Assembly: GCF_006345805.1 (NCBI RefSeq)
Contig: NC_043015.1
Span: forward strand, 28,148,001 to 28,212,000
DNA length: 64,000 nt
Origin: Octopus sinensis
Taxonomy: Eukaryota
Direction: 5' to 3'
The notes below the pieces were generated by a model. That model was given only the letters and a program-made list of their open reading frames with translations. It searched no databases and was not told where the DNA came from. The position numbers were made by a program, and so were the translations under genes. Position 1 is the first letter of the stretch; each line of letters begins with the position of its first letter. Positions 24,102 to 37,258 of the stretch are shown in pieces.

Positions 24102-24379
24102 TTGCTTGTTTATCCATTTGTTGTTTGTCCTTTCTCATTCTGTTATGTTTCAGTCTCGTTTCCCCCGGCAGCTTCTTGCCAGTCACCACCAGAAGGGAAG
24201 CAATATTATCGTTAAAGGTGCAAAATTGTCTTAACTCTCTGGCCTATAACTGACGAGGTGTTGGTAACCTTCTGTGTCTGTTTTCCATTTGTCTGTGCCT
24301 TTACTATACATTCTTCAACTTACACACACACACACACATAAAGAAAGAGAGACAGACAAACACATACACACACACACAC

Positions 24380-24800
24380 ATACTCTTTACTCTTTACTCT
24401 TTTACTTGTTTCAGTCATTTTGACTGCAGCCATGCTGGAGCACTGCCTTTAATCGAGCAACTCGACCCCAAGGGACTTATTCTTTTTTTGTAAGCCCAGT
24501 ACTTATTCTATCGGTCTCTTTTGCCGGACCACTAAGTAACGGGGATATAAACACACCAGCATCGGTTGTCAAGCAATGCTAGGGGGACAAACACAGACAC
24601 ACAAGCACACACTCGCATATATATATATACATATACATACAACAGGCTTCTTTCAGTTTCCGTCTACCAAATCCACTCACAAGGCTTTGGTCGGCCCGAG
24701 GCTATAGTAGAAGACACTTGCCCAAGGTGCCACACAGTGGGTGTGAACCCGGAACAATGTGGTTGGTAAACAAGCTATTTACCACACAGCCACTCCTGAA
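24380..24800 (-). mobile_element. SINE-A full copy
   Basis: Reverse complement of the consensus. Confidence 0.9.
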
Positions 24801-25426
24801 CCAGCTACTTACCACACAGCCACATATTGATTTCTGTTTCTTCTTTCCCTGTTTTAGCCATATAGTCATACTTCAGTCGTAAGTGGAAGCTGGTGCTAAA
24901 GTCAAGGAGCATAATCTGGTCTGGTTTGAGTGTAGGCTGAGAGATCTTTGAGAGCATTATCTTCCTGTGTGGGTAAAGCAATTTTTCCTTTGTACAGTTT
25001 ACATAGTTTATTTATATTTCTGTGTTTAATTCATCATGAAAGAGATGCTGCTCTATTCTCAAGAACTGATCGTATTTTGTATAATAAATTTACTGATTTA
25101 TTGGGTTTATTGATATTTTTTCTTTGATTGTAGAATTTCCTGTTTTATGTTTTCTGTATCCTGAAGATTTTTGTGTGTTTATCATTCAAAATCAATTTCT
25201 TCTTGAATTAAGCCAAACATTATTTTTTCTTTTACTATTTTACCATTCTGTTTTGTATGTGAAGGTACAAAGTGTAGTGGTTAGAGTGTTGGGCATCTAA
25301 TCATAAGATAGTGAGATCACTTCCTGGGCCAGGTAGCATGCTGCAAATATGGGCCAGATCCCAAACTTGGATTTTTTGTAAGGGGCTGCATCAAAAAAAA
25401 AAGTAAAGAAATTTATCATAGATAAG

Positions 25427-25605
25427 TGCAGGAGTGGCTGTGTGGTAAGTAGCTTGTTTACCAACCACATGGTTCCGGGTTCAATCCCGCTGCGTGGCAC
25501 CTTGGGCAAGTGTCTTCTACTATAGCCTCGGGCCGACCAAAGTCTTGTGAGTGGATTTGGTAGACTGAAACTGAAAGAAGCCCGTCGTATATATGTATAT
25601 ATATA

Positions 25606-25637
<32 letters not shown>

Positions 25638-25864
25638 GTGCGTGTGTGTGTGTGTGTATGTGTGTGTCTGTGTTTGTCCCCCTAGCATTGCTTGACGACC
25701 GATGCTGGTGTGTTTAGGTCCCCGTTACTTAGCGGTTCAGCAAAAGAGACCGATAGAATAAGTACTGGGCTTACAAAAAGAATAAGTCCCGGGGTCGAGT
25801 TGCTCGATTAAAGGCGGTGCTCCAGCATGGCCGCAGTCAAATGACTGAAACAAGTAAAAGAGTA
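25427..25864 (+). mobile_element. SINE-A full copy, followed by an older variant copy (about 25880-26275)
   Basis: Consensus match. Confidence 0.9.
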
Positions 25865-26366
25865 ATATATTTTATAGGCTCAAATCTAGCTGTATGGTAA
25901 AAAGCTCGCTTTCTAACCACATGGTTTTGAGTTCAGTCCCACTGTATGGCACTTTGAGTAAGCGTCTTATACTATATCCTCATGCCTTGTGAGTGGATTT
26001 GGTAGACAGACACTGAAAGCCCATCATATATATACAGTTGTGTGTGTGTGTGTGTGTGTGTCTTTGTGTCTATGTTTGTCCTCCACCACCACTTGGCGTG
26101 TTTATGCCCCCAAAACAAGGTGGTTCGGGAAAAGGGACCGACAGAATAAGAAACAGGCTTAAAAGGGAGAAAAACCATAAGTACCGGGGTCGATTCATTT
26201 GACTAAAAATTCTTCAAGGTGCTGCCCGAGTATGGCCACAGTCTAATGACATAAACAAGTAAAAGGTCAAAGATATTTATAGGGAGAAAGACCATTGGAG
26301 GTCTGCTGGAAGGATGCTTGAGGGCTGCATCAATTGCTGGGAGCCAGAGTTGAAATCTGCTGATCT

Positions 26367-26756
26367 GGAGTGGAAGCACTCCGTCGGTTACAATGATGAG
26401 GGTTCCGGTTGATCTGAATCAACGGAACAACCTGCTCGTGAAATTAACGTGTAAGTGGCTGAGCACTCCACAGACATGTGTACCCTTAACGCAGTTCTCA
26501 GGGATATTCAGCGTGACACAGAGAGTGACAAGACCGTCCCTTTGAAATACAGGTACAACAGAAACAGGAAGTAAGAGTGAGTGAAAGTTGTGGTGAAAGA
26601 GCACAGCAGGGATCACCACCATCCCCTGCCGGAGCCTCGTGGAGCTTTTAGGTGTTTTCGCTCAATAAACACTCACAACGCCCGGTCTGGGAATCGAAAC
26701 CGCGATCCTATGACCGCGAATCCACTGCCCTAACCACTGGGCCATTGCGCCTCCAC
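26367..26756 (-). mobile_element. SINE-D (tRNA-derived head GTGGAGGCGCAATGGCCCAGTGGTTAGG)
   Basis: A/B boxes on the minus strand; 11-bp TSD TCTGCTGATCT at 26356-26366 and 26757-26767. Confidence 0.9.
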
Positions 26757-26900
26757 TCTGCTGATCTATGAGCAAGGCAAGTCGTTTTACATTGGTCCAG
26801 TTTACTCACCTGAAAATGAACACCCACTAACTGCATTTGCGATCTTTACACTTTCCTATTGTCATCTCAATGTTTCATTAGGATAAAAGGTATGAGGATT

Positions 26901-27483
26901 AAGGCGGCGAGCTGGCAGAAATGTTAGCATGCAGGGTAAAATGCCTAGCGGTATTTCGTCTGCCGCTATGTTCTCAGTTCAAATTCCGCCAAGGTCGACT
27001 TTCCCTTTCATCCTTTCGGGGTCGATAAATTAAGTACCAGTTACTGGAGTTGATATAATCGACTTAATCCGTCTGTCTGTCCTTGTTTGTCCTCTCTGTG
27101 TTTAACCCCTTGTGGGTAGTAAAGAAATAGGTATTTCGTCTGCTGCTACGTTCTGAGTTCAAATTCGGCCGAGGTCGACTTTGCCTTTCATCCTTACGGG
27201 GTCGATTAAATAAGTACCAGTTATGCACTGGGGTCGATGTAATTGACTTAATCCGTTTGTCTGGCCTTTTTTGTCCTCTCTGTGTTTAGCCCCTTGTGGG
27301 TAGTACAGAAATAGGTATTTCGTCTGCTTCTACGTTCTGAGTTCAAATTCCCCTGAGGTTGACTTTGCCTTTCATCCTTTCGGGGTCGATTAAATAAGTA
27401 CCAGTTATGCACTGGGGTCGATATAATCAACTTAATCCGTTTGTCCTCTCTGTGTTTAGCCCCTTGTGGGTAGTAAAGAAATA
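26901..27483 (+). mobile_element. SINE-B head-to-tail trimer
   Basis: Junction GAAATA|GGTATTTCGTCTG twice; AGGTATGAGG on both outer flanks. Confidence 0.9.
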
Positions 27484-28334
27484 GGTATGAGGTTTGGGAG
27501 TGGGTCCATGTTTGCTAGAAACTGCAAAGGCAACTAAAATCCCTAGTAGAAGCATGATACATGTAACTAAGTCATACTTGCCGGCAAATTGTGACTAGGC
27601 TTTATTTTGTTTTTTTCTGTAAATGGCAATGAAATTTTCTTTCAGACATGTTGCGTTGAATACATTCTGTATTCTGGTTTTAACTTTTCGCAAACCCATA
27701 AATATTATCTATCTTCAAACAAGGCCATAAATATTCACAGAGCAAATATTCAATATATAAATAGCTGTTTCTAAGACCTTAGAAGATTGCTACAGAATTA
27801 GCTAAGTCATTAATGAGACAAAAATAGATATAATGGTAATATATTTGAAGGTTCTAGACACTTATGCTATCAGATACAGTATATTATCCGAAAATCCATA
27901 AAAATTTGAAGGCAAGTTCTATCGTACGATCTTACTAAATGAACGTCCAATAGAAAATCATTTTAAAGAATTAATGACGAAAATATTGAATTGTTTAAGA
28001 TGCCTCTGTTAGCTTAAATAGTTTATGTTATACAAAATACAAATTCTTTTCGAAAATTTAGAAGAATATTTCATATTGTAATGATAATTTAACAAATATC
28101 AACAATTCTATCATATTTCAATTTCTTACAGATTTGAGATGATATGAACTATACCAGCAAGTGTCTTCCTCTATAGCCCCAGGTCAACTAATCCCCTGTG
28201 AAGGAATTTGGTAGACAGAAATTGGGTGGAAGCCAATTTAAGGTGGCAAGCTGGCAGAAACGTTAGCGCGCCGAGCGAAATGCTTAGTGGTATTTCGTCT
28301 GCCGTTATATTCTGAGTCAAGACTATTTAAGCAT

Positions 28335-28690
28335 TTTATCCGATCAAATTCATCCTATGGTTGCGAAACTGTTTCCAGAGGGAAACACAGTCTTTCAGGA
28401 TGATAATGCACCAATTCACACAGCTAAAGTTGTTACTGAATGGCACGAGGAGCATTCTAGTGAAGTTGAACATCTTGTCTGGCCACCACAGTCCCCAGAT
28501 CTCAATATTATTGAACATTTATGGTGCATTTTAGAAAAACAAGTAAGGACTTGATATCCTCCACCATTATCGCTACAAGAACTGGAGACTGTTTTAGTTG
28601 AAGAATGGACAAAAATTCCTTTGGAAACAATTCAAACTCATGGAATTCAAGCTGTAATTACTGCCAAAGGCGGCCCTACCCCATATTAAA
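28335..28690 (+). mobile_element. Tc1-like transposase C-terminal fragment
   Basis: VFQDDNAPIHTAKVV.EW....VEHLVWPPQSPDLNIIEHLW. Confidence 0.85.
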
Positions 28691-29164
28691 ATAAATCTCT
28701 TCCAGCTGGCTAATGGCACAATGTCTAATCAGACACTGACTAATTGGACACAGACAGTGTGTCGTTAGCCAGCTGGAGGAGATGTCCTCCTGGGGCTATA
28801 AACAACAGTAACATCGTCCTCTACGGGTCCGCCACATTTAGGTGGCAAATATACTTCACGATTCGATGCTGCTACTGTTTACATCCTGCTCTGAGATTTG
28901 TTATATATATATATATATTCTTTTATTCTTTTACTTGTTTCAATCATTTGACTGGAGCCATGCTGGAGCAGCACCTTTTAGTTGAAGAAATCGTCCCCTG
29001 GACTTATTCCTTGTAAAACTGGTACTTATTCCATCGGTCTCTTCTGCTGAATTGCCAAGTTATGGGGACGTAAACACACCAACATCAGTTGTTAAGCAAG
29101 CGATGGTGGTAGGGGACAAACACAGACACAAAGGTACACACATAAATATATATATATATATATG

Positions 29165-29315
29165 TATGTATGTATGTATGTATATAGTTAAAATTTACAG
29201 AAAATGAAAGGCAAATACAGGTGAAAGAACAACAAGCAGATGTATTAGTTTAACGCTTAGGAAGAATGAAAAAGTCTTTGATGTTTTGAGCCTACACTCT
29301 TCTTCGAGAAAGGAT
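29165..29315 (-). mobile_element. Probable Penelope-like element pseudo-LTR remnant
   Basis: Minus strand CTTTCTCGAAGAAGAGTGTAGGCTCAAAACATCAAAG resembles the PLE terminal minimal-hammerhead motif with CpG decay. Assignment is from pattern recall only. Confidence 0.45.
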
Positions 29316-31344
29316 TGAGAGGAAAAAAAAATGAAGAGACAATGAAAAAAATGAAGAGAGAAAAAAAAGGGGAGGGTTTAATGATTCAATATGAAATGGC
29401 CATATATATGTGTGTGTATGTGTGTGTGAGTGTATATTTAGTATATGCAAATAGATATATGTATGTATATATATTTGCGTGTTTATGTATATTACATGTG
29501 TAATTATGTATGCGTACAAGTGTTTAGGTATATTATGTAAACAATGAGGCATAAATAAACAAAATCAAGACATCAGTCTTAAAATAAACATATCACATAA
29601 TATCCAGACCTTAACTAAAGTTTCCTATTTTACATAGTAATGTTTAAAGAGAGAGAAAGAGAGAGAAACTATATTTAGAGATTTCATTTTCTTTGATATA
29701 TGCTGTAGTTATTACAAAATAGATATGAAGTGAAGCAAGACGAATTGGAACAGTGCAGTTATGCCATCACTCTAAAAGAGCTTTTCATGTGTGTAAACTT
29801 CACACAAAATACAAAAACTGATTGCTAAATTTAATGTTTGAAATTTGTATACAACACTATTTTGTTAAATGTTTTTACAAAATATTCAAAAAAAAAGAAC
29901 CCCACTAGAAAGTCCTGTTATTTTTGCAGCGTACACTGGTCCTTATTTCATTGCTGAATGACTCTGAGAGGTATGCCTGTGGAACGCAATATCCTTGTAG
30001 GGCCTTCCATCCTGGACAGTTCAAAGGAATGCCAGGCTAATATGCTCCACCTCACTGCTTCCCAGAAGGGAAAATAAATGGGTTTATATAGAGTCAACCC
30101 TCTTATCTAGAAAAAAGCAAAGTTACAGAGGCATCGATGCCAATTCAAAGCCAACAAGACCTGGGTGAGGAAGGCTTCCCTTAGGGAAACATATGATGTG
30201 GTGCAGCAAAGTCCAAAAGGAAAAAGCAAGGATTCAACTGCAGAAGAGCAGAAAAGACAGCCCAGAGTTGAGAACAACAGAGAAAATTTGCTGATAGTCT
30301 ATGCTCCATACAGAGAGAAGAGTTGAGTAAGACACCTACACAAAGAAGCCAATAGGCATAAAAAATCTGCAAGTATGACCTGGGAGCACATATCATGCAT
30401 TTGCTCCTTGTTTTAGGTGTCTTATGCAGTTCTGAGCAGACACAGACACTGTCTTGGTCCTCCCACTGTTGACTCAGTGGAACATTGGAAATGCAGCAGC
30501 TGGAGGGAGAGAGGGTTGCACCGTCATTAGGCTCATATTTTCAGCTGAGTAGACTTGAGTAGCGTGATCTGGTTTTCTACAGTTGGATGCCCTTCATAAC
30601 ACCAACCACTCCAAGAGTGTAATGGTTGCTTTTACGTGCCACCAGCATGGGTGCCATTTGCGTGACACCAGTATTTACCACAACCATCATTCTGCTTGGC
30701 TTGATGGGTCTTCTCAAGCATGACATAATGCCAAAGGTCTTGGTCATTGTTTCCATGGGGCCCAGCAGTTAAAAGGAGCTCGGCCACTTTGCCTCCATGA
30801 GGTCCAACACTTGAAAGGAACCCAGCCACATTGCCTTGCTGGTGGGCTGCTATTGGCACAGTGGCACATATACTCTCTCAAAGTGTTGGGTGCTAAAACA
30901 CCTAAGAGTGATGGAAATTGATGTTTCACCATTTTCGTGGCTTGTCAACATCACGTACCCGACAGGATTGGAGGCGAATGACCTCACCAGTCTCTGATGA
31001 GGTCAACTTTGCTTTCATTCTTCGGAGGTCGATAAAACATAACAACAGTTTTGTACTGGGGTTGGTATGTCCTACTATGTCCCTTTCCCCCTTTCCCCTT
31101 TCTCCCTCTCCCCACAACAATGTGGTTTGTTTTGGGGTCATAGCCATAGACCCGTGATTCCTCACCCATTATGACTATTTTCAAAAAGTCTTCATTGTTC
31201 TTGACAAAATCAAGGAGATCTTTTGCAACTGAAACCTGAGTGCCTTTTTGAGAAGTTTTGGCACAAACTTAGCAGATATGCATCTCATAAGGGCTGGTTT
31301 CCCAGTTTCCTTGGCATATAGGTTCCCCAAAAAATCACTGTTTT

Positions 31345-31606
31345 GATCATTATCATGATTGTGATATTTGATTCTCTTAATGATGACGATGATGATGAGA
31401 TCCTCAGCATCAATACCATCATCGTCATCACTGCCATTGTCGTCATCATCAATATCCTCCTCCTCCTCCTCCTCATCATCATCATCATCTCTGTCGCCAT
31501 CACCATCTTTGATATTTTCATTACCATCATCATTAATATCATCGTCGTTGTTGTCATCATCACCCTCATCATCATCATCATCCTCACCCTCATCATCATC
31601 ATACCC

Positions 31607-31675
<69 letters not shown>

Positions 31676-31831
31676 CCATCATCACCATCAGCCTCACCAT
31701 CATCATCATCATCACCCACATCACCATCATCATCATCATCATCACCATCATCACCATCACCCTCACCATCATCATCATCATCATCATCATCATCACCCTC
31801 ATCACCATCATCATCATCATCATCATCACCC

Positions 31832-31862
<31 letters not shown>

Positions 31863-32233
31863 CACCCTCATAACCCTCATCATCATCATCATCATCATCA
31901 TCATCACCACCCTCATCATCATCACCACCCTCAGCATCATCACCACCCTCATCATCATCATCATCATCATCACCACCCTCATCATCATCATCATCATCAC
32001 CACCCTCATCATCATCGTCATCATCATCATCACCACCCTCATCATCATCGTCATCATCATCATCATCACCCTCATCATCATCATCACCCTCATCATCATC
32101 ATCATCATCATCATCATCACCATCGTCATCATCATCCTCATCCTCATCATCATCATCACCACCATCATCATCATCAACACTGTCTTTCTCATTGCCATCA
32201 TCATCAATCAATACCAACATTTGTCATTGCTAC

Positions 32234-32276
<43 letters not shown>

Positions 32277-32310
32277 GTCATCATCGTCATCACCGGCATC
32301 ATTGTCATCA
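31345..32310. repeat. (CAT)n/(CAC)n tract, about 1 kb
   Basis: Directly visible. Confidence 0.95.
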
Positions 32311-32527
32311 TGTCTCTTTCACATCCTTGACTCCATGCTGATGACAGATCCAGTTGTGAATCTACTCCACTGAACGGATGACATTTTGGCTCAACTTTGT
32401 TATTTAATTAGAATCTACCACTTTCTCCCGTCTCCCAGGAATCGATGCACTTCAACCAATAAATCAACTTATTTTGGTATTCTTCAGCTGCATCTTTCTG
32501 GATTTGGAAACAATACACCGTCTATAC

Positions 32528-32822
32528 ATGTGTGTGTGTGTGTGTGTGTGGTGTGTGTTTGGGGGTGTGTTTGGGGGTGTATTTATGTGTGGTGTGGTGT
32601 GTGTGTGTGTGTGTGTGTTTGGGGGTGTGTTTGGGGGTGTATTTATGTGTGTGTGTGTGTGTGTTGGGGGTGTGTGTTTGGGGGTGTATTTATGTGTGTG
32701 TGGTGTGGTGTGTGTTTGGGGGTGTGTTTATTGTGTGTGTGTGTGTGTGTGTGTTTGGGGGGTGTTTGGGGGTGTATTTATGTGGTGTGTGTGTGTGTGT
32801 TGTGTGTGTTTGGGGGTGTATT

Positions 32823-32853
<31 letters not shown>

Positions 32854-33192
32854 TGGGGGTGTATTTATGTGTGTGTGTGTGTTGGGGGTGTGTTTGGGGG
32901 TGTATTTATGTGTGTGTGTGTGGTGTTTGGGGGTGTGTTTGGGGGTGGATTTATGTGTGTGTGTGTGTGTGGTTTGGGGGGTGTTTTATGTGTGTGTGTG
33001 GTGTGTGTGTGTGTTTGGGGGTGTGTTTGGGGGTGTATTTATGGTGTGTGTGTGTGTGTGTGTGTGTGTTGGGGGTGTATTTATGTGTGTGTGGTGTGTG
33101 TGTGTGTGTGGTGTTTGGGGGTGTATTTATGTGTGTGTGTGTGTGTTGGGGGTGTGTTTGGGGGTGTATTTATGTGTGGTGTGTGTGTGTGT
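32528..33192. repeat. Compound minisatellite (GT)n-TTGGGGGTGT-ATTTAT
   Basis: Directly visible; variable-length units. Confidence 0.92.
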
Positions 33193-33669
33193 TTACAAGT
33201 TTTTGCTTGTGTCTATCTGTGAATGTGTAGATGAGGCTGTATGCGTGTCTGCAAGTATAAATATAGTGCGTGTGTATGTGCATGTTTGTGTGTGTGTATG
33301 CATGTGTGTGTATTCATGTGTGTATGCCTGTGTGAGTGTGCGTGTATATGCATGCGTGTGTATGCATGTGTGTGTGCATGTGTGTGTGCATGTGTGTGTA
33401 TGTATACCGCTGTGTGTGTGTGTGCGCATGTGTTTTGTGTGTGTGTATATGCATGTGTGTGTATGCATGTGTATGTATGCATGTGTGTGTATGCATGTGT
33501 GTGTGTGCGTGTGTGTGTGTGTGTGTGCGTGCATGTATGTATATATGTATCATCATCATCATTACTTAACGTCCGTTTTCCAATGCTGGCATGGGTTGGA
33601 TGGTTTGACCTGATGCTGGCCAGCTGGGAGCTGTCCATACTCCAACCGTCTGTTGTGGCATGGTTTATG

Positions 33670-35335
33670 TATGTACGTGGTCTGATCAATAAATATCTGG
33701 ACTGTTGCTATAGTAACAAAACTAAATCATGCAGAGTGAAGCTGCTTGACACAGATTGACCTTCATCTTTGTTGTGCACGTGCACTAAGTTTTAACATTC
33801 TAGCTCACTTCCGCTGTTCACAGCAATGCTTGGAAAGAAGGTGTGTAGCATGTGATTGTTGCGTTGACCATGATAGAAAAAGTTGAGCAGAGAATCTGCA
33901 TCAAATATTGTCAAAAGCTTGGCAATACCTGCTCAGAGGACTATGCAAAGTTGCAGAAAGAGTATGGAGAGGAGTTTATGAGCCACATGCGAGTGTACAC
34001 GTGGTTCAAAAGTTTTGGAGATGGCCAAAAAATGTTGATGGTGACAAACGTTTTGGGTGACCTGCAACCAGCAGAACTGAGAAAATCATTTCAGACGTAG
34101 CATGTGATCTTTACATTGACCATGATAGATAAAGTTAAGCAGAGAATCTGCATCAAATATTGTCAAAAGCTTGGCAATACCTGATCAGAAGATTATGCAA
34201 AGTTGCAGAAAGAGTATGGAGAGGAGTGTATGAGCCACATGCGAGTGTACAAGTGGTTCAAAAAATTTGGAGGTGGTCAAAAAATGTTGATGGTGACAAA
34301 CGTTTTGTGTGACCTGCAACCAGCAGAACTGAGAAGTTCATTGCAGATGTACATGCAGCTGTGGGGAGAAATTGTTGAATCACCATTTGTGAGTTATCAG
34401 AGGATGTGTAGATTAATTACAGTTCAGTTCAGTCCATTATCACTAAAGGTTTGGGTGTGGAGGCACATGGCCTAGTGGTTAGAGCAGCAGACTTGCAGTC
34501 TAGGGATCGCCGGTTCGAATCTCAGACCGGGCGATGTGTGTGTTTATGAGCAAAACACCTAAGCTCCACGTGGCTCCGGCAGAAGGTAATGGCGAAACTT
34601 CTGCTGACTCTTTCGCCACAACTTTCTCTCACTCTTTCCTCCTGCATCTTGCAGCTCACCTGCAATGGACCGGCATCACGTCCAGGTGGGGAACCTATAT
34701 GCCAAGGAAACTGGGAAACCAGCCCTTATGAGATGCATATCTGCTAAGTTTGTGCCAAAACTTCTCAAAAAGGCACTCAGGTTTCAGTTGCAAAAGATCT
34801 CCTTGATTTTGTCAAGAACAATGAAGACTTTTTGAAAATAGTCATAATGGGTGACGAATCACGGGTCTATGGCTATGACCCCAAAACAAAGGCTCAGTCT
34901 TAGCTGTGGAAGACTCCAACCTCTCCTGTCAACAGAATGTGAAGACACCATTGACCATTTTCTTCGACTACAAGGGGATTGTTCATCATGAGTATGATCC
35001 ACACGCTCAGACAGTAAACAAGGAGTACTACGGTGATCTTTTGCAGGATGCTATTCGTCAGAAAAGGCCACAATTATATGCGTCCAGTGAGTGGCAATTG
35101 CACCATGACAACACACCTGCCCATTCAGTAGCAGTTTTTGGCGAGGCACAGCATTCCCCAGGTCTGACAGCCACCGTATTCCCCAGATCTCACCCCTTGC
35201 GACTTTTTCCTCTCTCCAAAAATCAAATCCTGCTTGAAAGGAAGATTTCAGGACATCGAGGAAATCAAAGTCAGAGCGACAAGGCAGCTGCTGATTATCC
35301 AGAAAGCAAGTTTCAGAAATGCTTCCATCAATAAA
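33670..35335 (+). mobile_element. Degenerate mariner (DD34D) element with a tandem duplication of the 5' transposase region and an internal SINE insertion
   Basis: EQRICIKYCQKLGNT..E.YAKLQKEYG (twice), ISAKFVPKLL, IVIMGDESRVYGYDPKTK, FFDYKGIVHHEY, LHHDNTPAH, KGRFQDIEEIK. Confidence 0.85.
34455..34732 (+). mobile_element. SINE-D2 inserted into the mariner transposase (splits ..GLG|MRCISAKFVP..)
   Basis: GTGGAGGCACATGGCCTAGTGGTTAGAG head, GGTTCGAATC B-box; mariner frame resumes after it. Confidence 0.85.
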
Positions 35336-36405
35336 AAATTGGTGGTGGTGATGGTGATGATGATGATGATGAGGGTGATGATGATTGTCGTTATTGTCTT
35401 GGTGTTTGGTACAAGTATTAACATGAAATTTTCACAGAACGTTTCAATTTAGATCTTTAAAACAGGAAAAATTTCTATCATAGAACCACAGGCACTCTTA
35501 GGCAGGTCAGTATTAAAAAAGGGTTAAATACACACACACACATTTAAAAAACAAAAAGACACGTAATTATGGAAGCCTAATCAGTAACAATGAGAGAATT
35601 TCACCAATAAATCAACAGCCATTGAAAGCTCATTGACATTGAAAAGTTTGACGGATTTAAATGTCAAACCAATTTCCACACTGCACTGTGTCATTTGTAC
35701 AAAATGATTTTGACATTGTGTACATTTGACATTTCATTTAAAACATTTAATTTTGTGTTATTGAATTTAAAATACTGAAAAAAAAATTTAGGTACAGCTG
35801 TGGCTGAGTGGTAAGACATCTGCTTCTTAACCACGTGGTTTCAGGTTCAGTCCCATTGCATGGAACCTTGGGTGTCTTCTGCTATAGCCTTGGGTCAATA
35901 AAAGCCTTGTGAGTAGATTTGGTTGATGGAAATTGTAAGATTCCCTTCATTATGTATGTATGTGTGTATGTATGTATGTGTGTATGTGTGTATGTATGTG
36001 TGTGTATGTGTGTGTATGTGTGTATGTGTAGGTATGAATGTGTGTATATATGTATGTATGTGTGTGTGTGTGTGTGTGTACGCATGCATGCATACATGTA
36101 TATATGTACATATATATGTATGTATGCGTGCATATGTGTGTGTCTCTCCATGTCTTGACATTGTTTGGTAATCATGAATGAGTATCACTTACCCCCGGCA
36201 TATTTACAACACACACGCACATACAAAGGCTACTTTCAGTTTCTGTCCACTTAATCGACTCACAGAGCTTTGGTCAGCCTAGTGCTGCAATAAAAGACTC
36301 TTGCCCAAAATGCCATGCAATGTGATTGAACCCAGAATTATGTGGTTAGAAAGCAAAGTTCTTAACCATACAGTCATGCCTGCACTTTCACAGAAGTTAT
36401 TTATA

Positions 36406-36971
36406 TTGGGTTGTCCGGAAAGTTCATGCCGATTTATAGTAGCTTACCTTTCGACTTATTTTAGAACATGGTTGAGTCCATAAAATAGGATTTGACTACA
36501 CCTCCATTTAGAGCACAGATTAAGCTATCTTTTCGTGGAAGAAGGTTTATGTTCCTATAACCTCTGTTAATTTTGTAACCCTTTAAAATGGAAGATAAAA
36601 AAATTCATTTTTGGCACTTGATGCTTTGGGAACCAGACAAAAATTGCTGCAGCTTGGCTGAGATGTGTTACCCCACCCTCCATATTCACCAGATATTGCT
36701 CCTTCGGATTTCCACTTATTCAGGTCTCTGCAGAATAGTCTTAATGGTAAAAAATTCAATTCCTTGGATGACGTAAAAAGATACCTTGATGTATTCTTTG
36801 CCATGAAACCACCTCAATTCTGGGAAGAGGGTATTTTCAAGTTAAAGGAAAGATGGAGGCGCATTGTGCAATAAAATGGTTCGTATTTGGTTGATTAAAA
36901 ATGTAATGGCAAGTATTTATTGACCGTTTTCTTTCCTCTATAAATCGGCACGAACTTTCCAGACAACCCAA
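36406..36971 (+). mobile_element. Internally deleted mariner element with intact TIRs
   Basis: 31-bp TIRs TTGGGTTGTC(C/T)GGAAAGTTC(A/G)TGCCGATTTA, TA on both sides; MEDKKIHF.. fused to LPHPPYSPDIAPSDFHLFRSLQNSL...WEEGIFKLKERW. Confidence 0.92.
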
Positions 36972-37258
36972 TATTTAACCCTCTAGTATTTCAACCAGCT
37001 ATATCTTGTCTATATCATATTCTTTTTTTTTCTCTTTTACTTGTTTCAGTCATTTGACTGCGGCCATGCTGGAGCACCGCCTTTAGTCGAGCAACTCGAC
37101 CCCGGGACTTATTCTTTTGTAAGCCCAGTACTTATTCTATCGGTCTCTTTTGCCGAACCACTAAGTAACGGGGACATAAACACACCAGCATCGGTTGTCA
37201 AGCAATGCTAGGGGGACAAACACAGACACACAAACACACACACGCATATATATATATA

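Noticed and set aside
29931-29971. Possible 41-nt + strand exon (TTTTTGCAG...GAG|GTATGC)
   Set aside because: Isolated, the peptide is unrecognised, and no partner exons could be linked.
3941-33759. Long low-complexity ORFs (poly-His/Pro/Ser/Asp/Met/Val, LSIY, AGWL and CV repeats) in the ORF track
   Set aside because: They are translations of (CAT)n, (GGT)n, (GATA)n, (GGCT)n and (GT)n microsatellites; no splice context or domain content.
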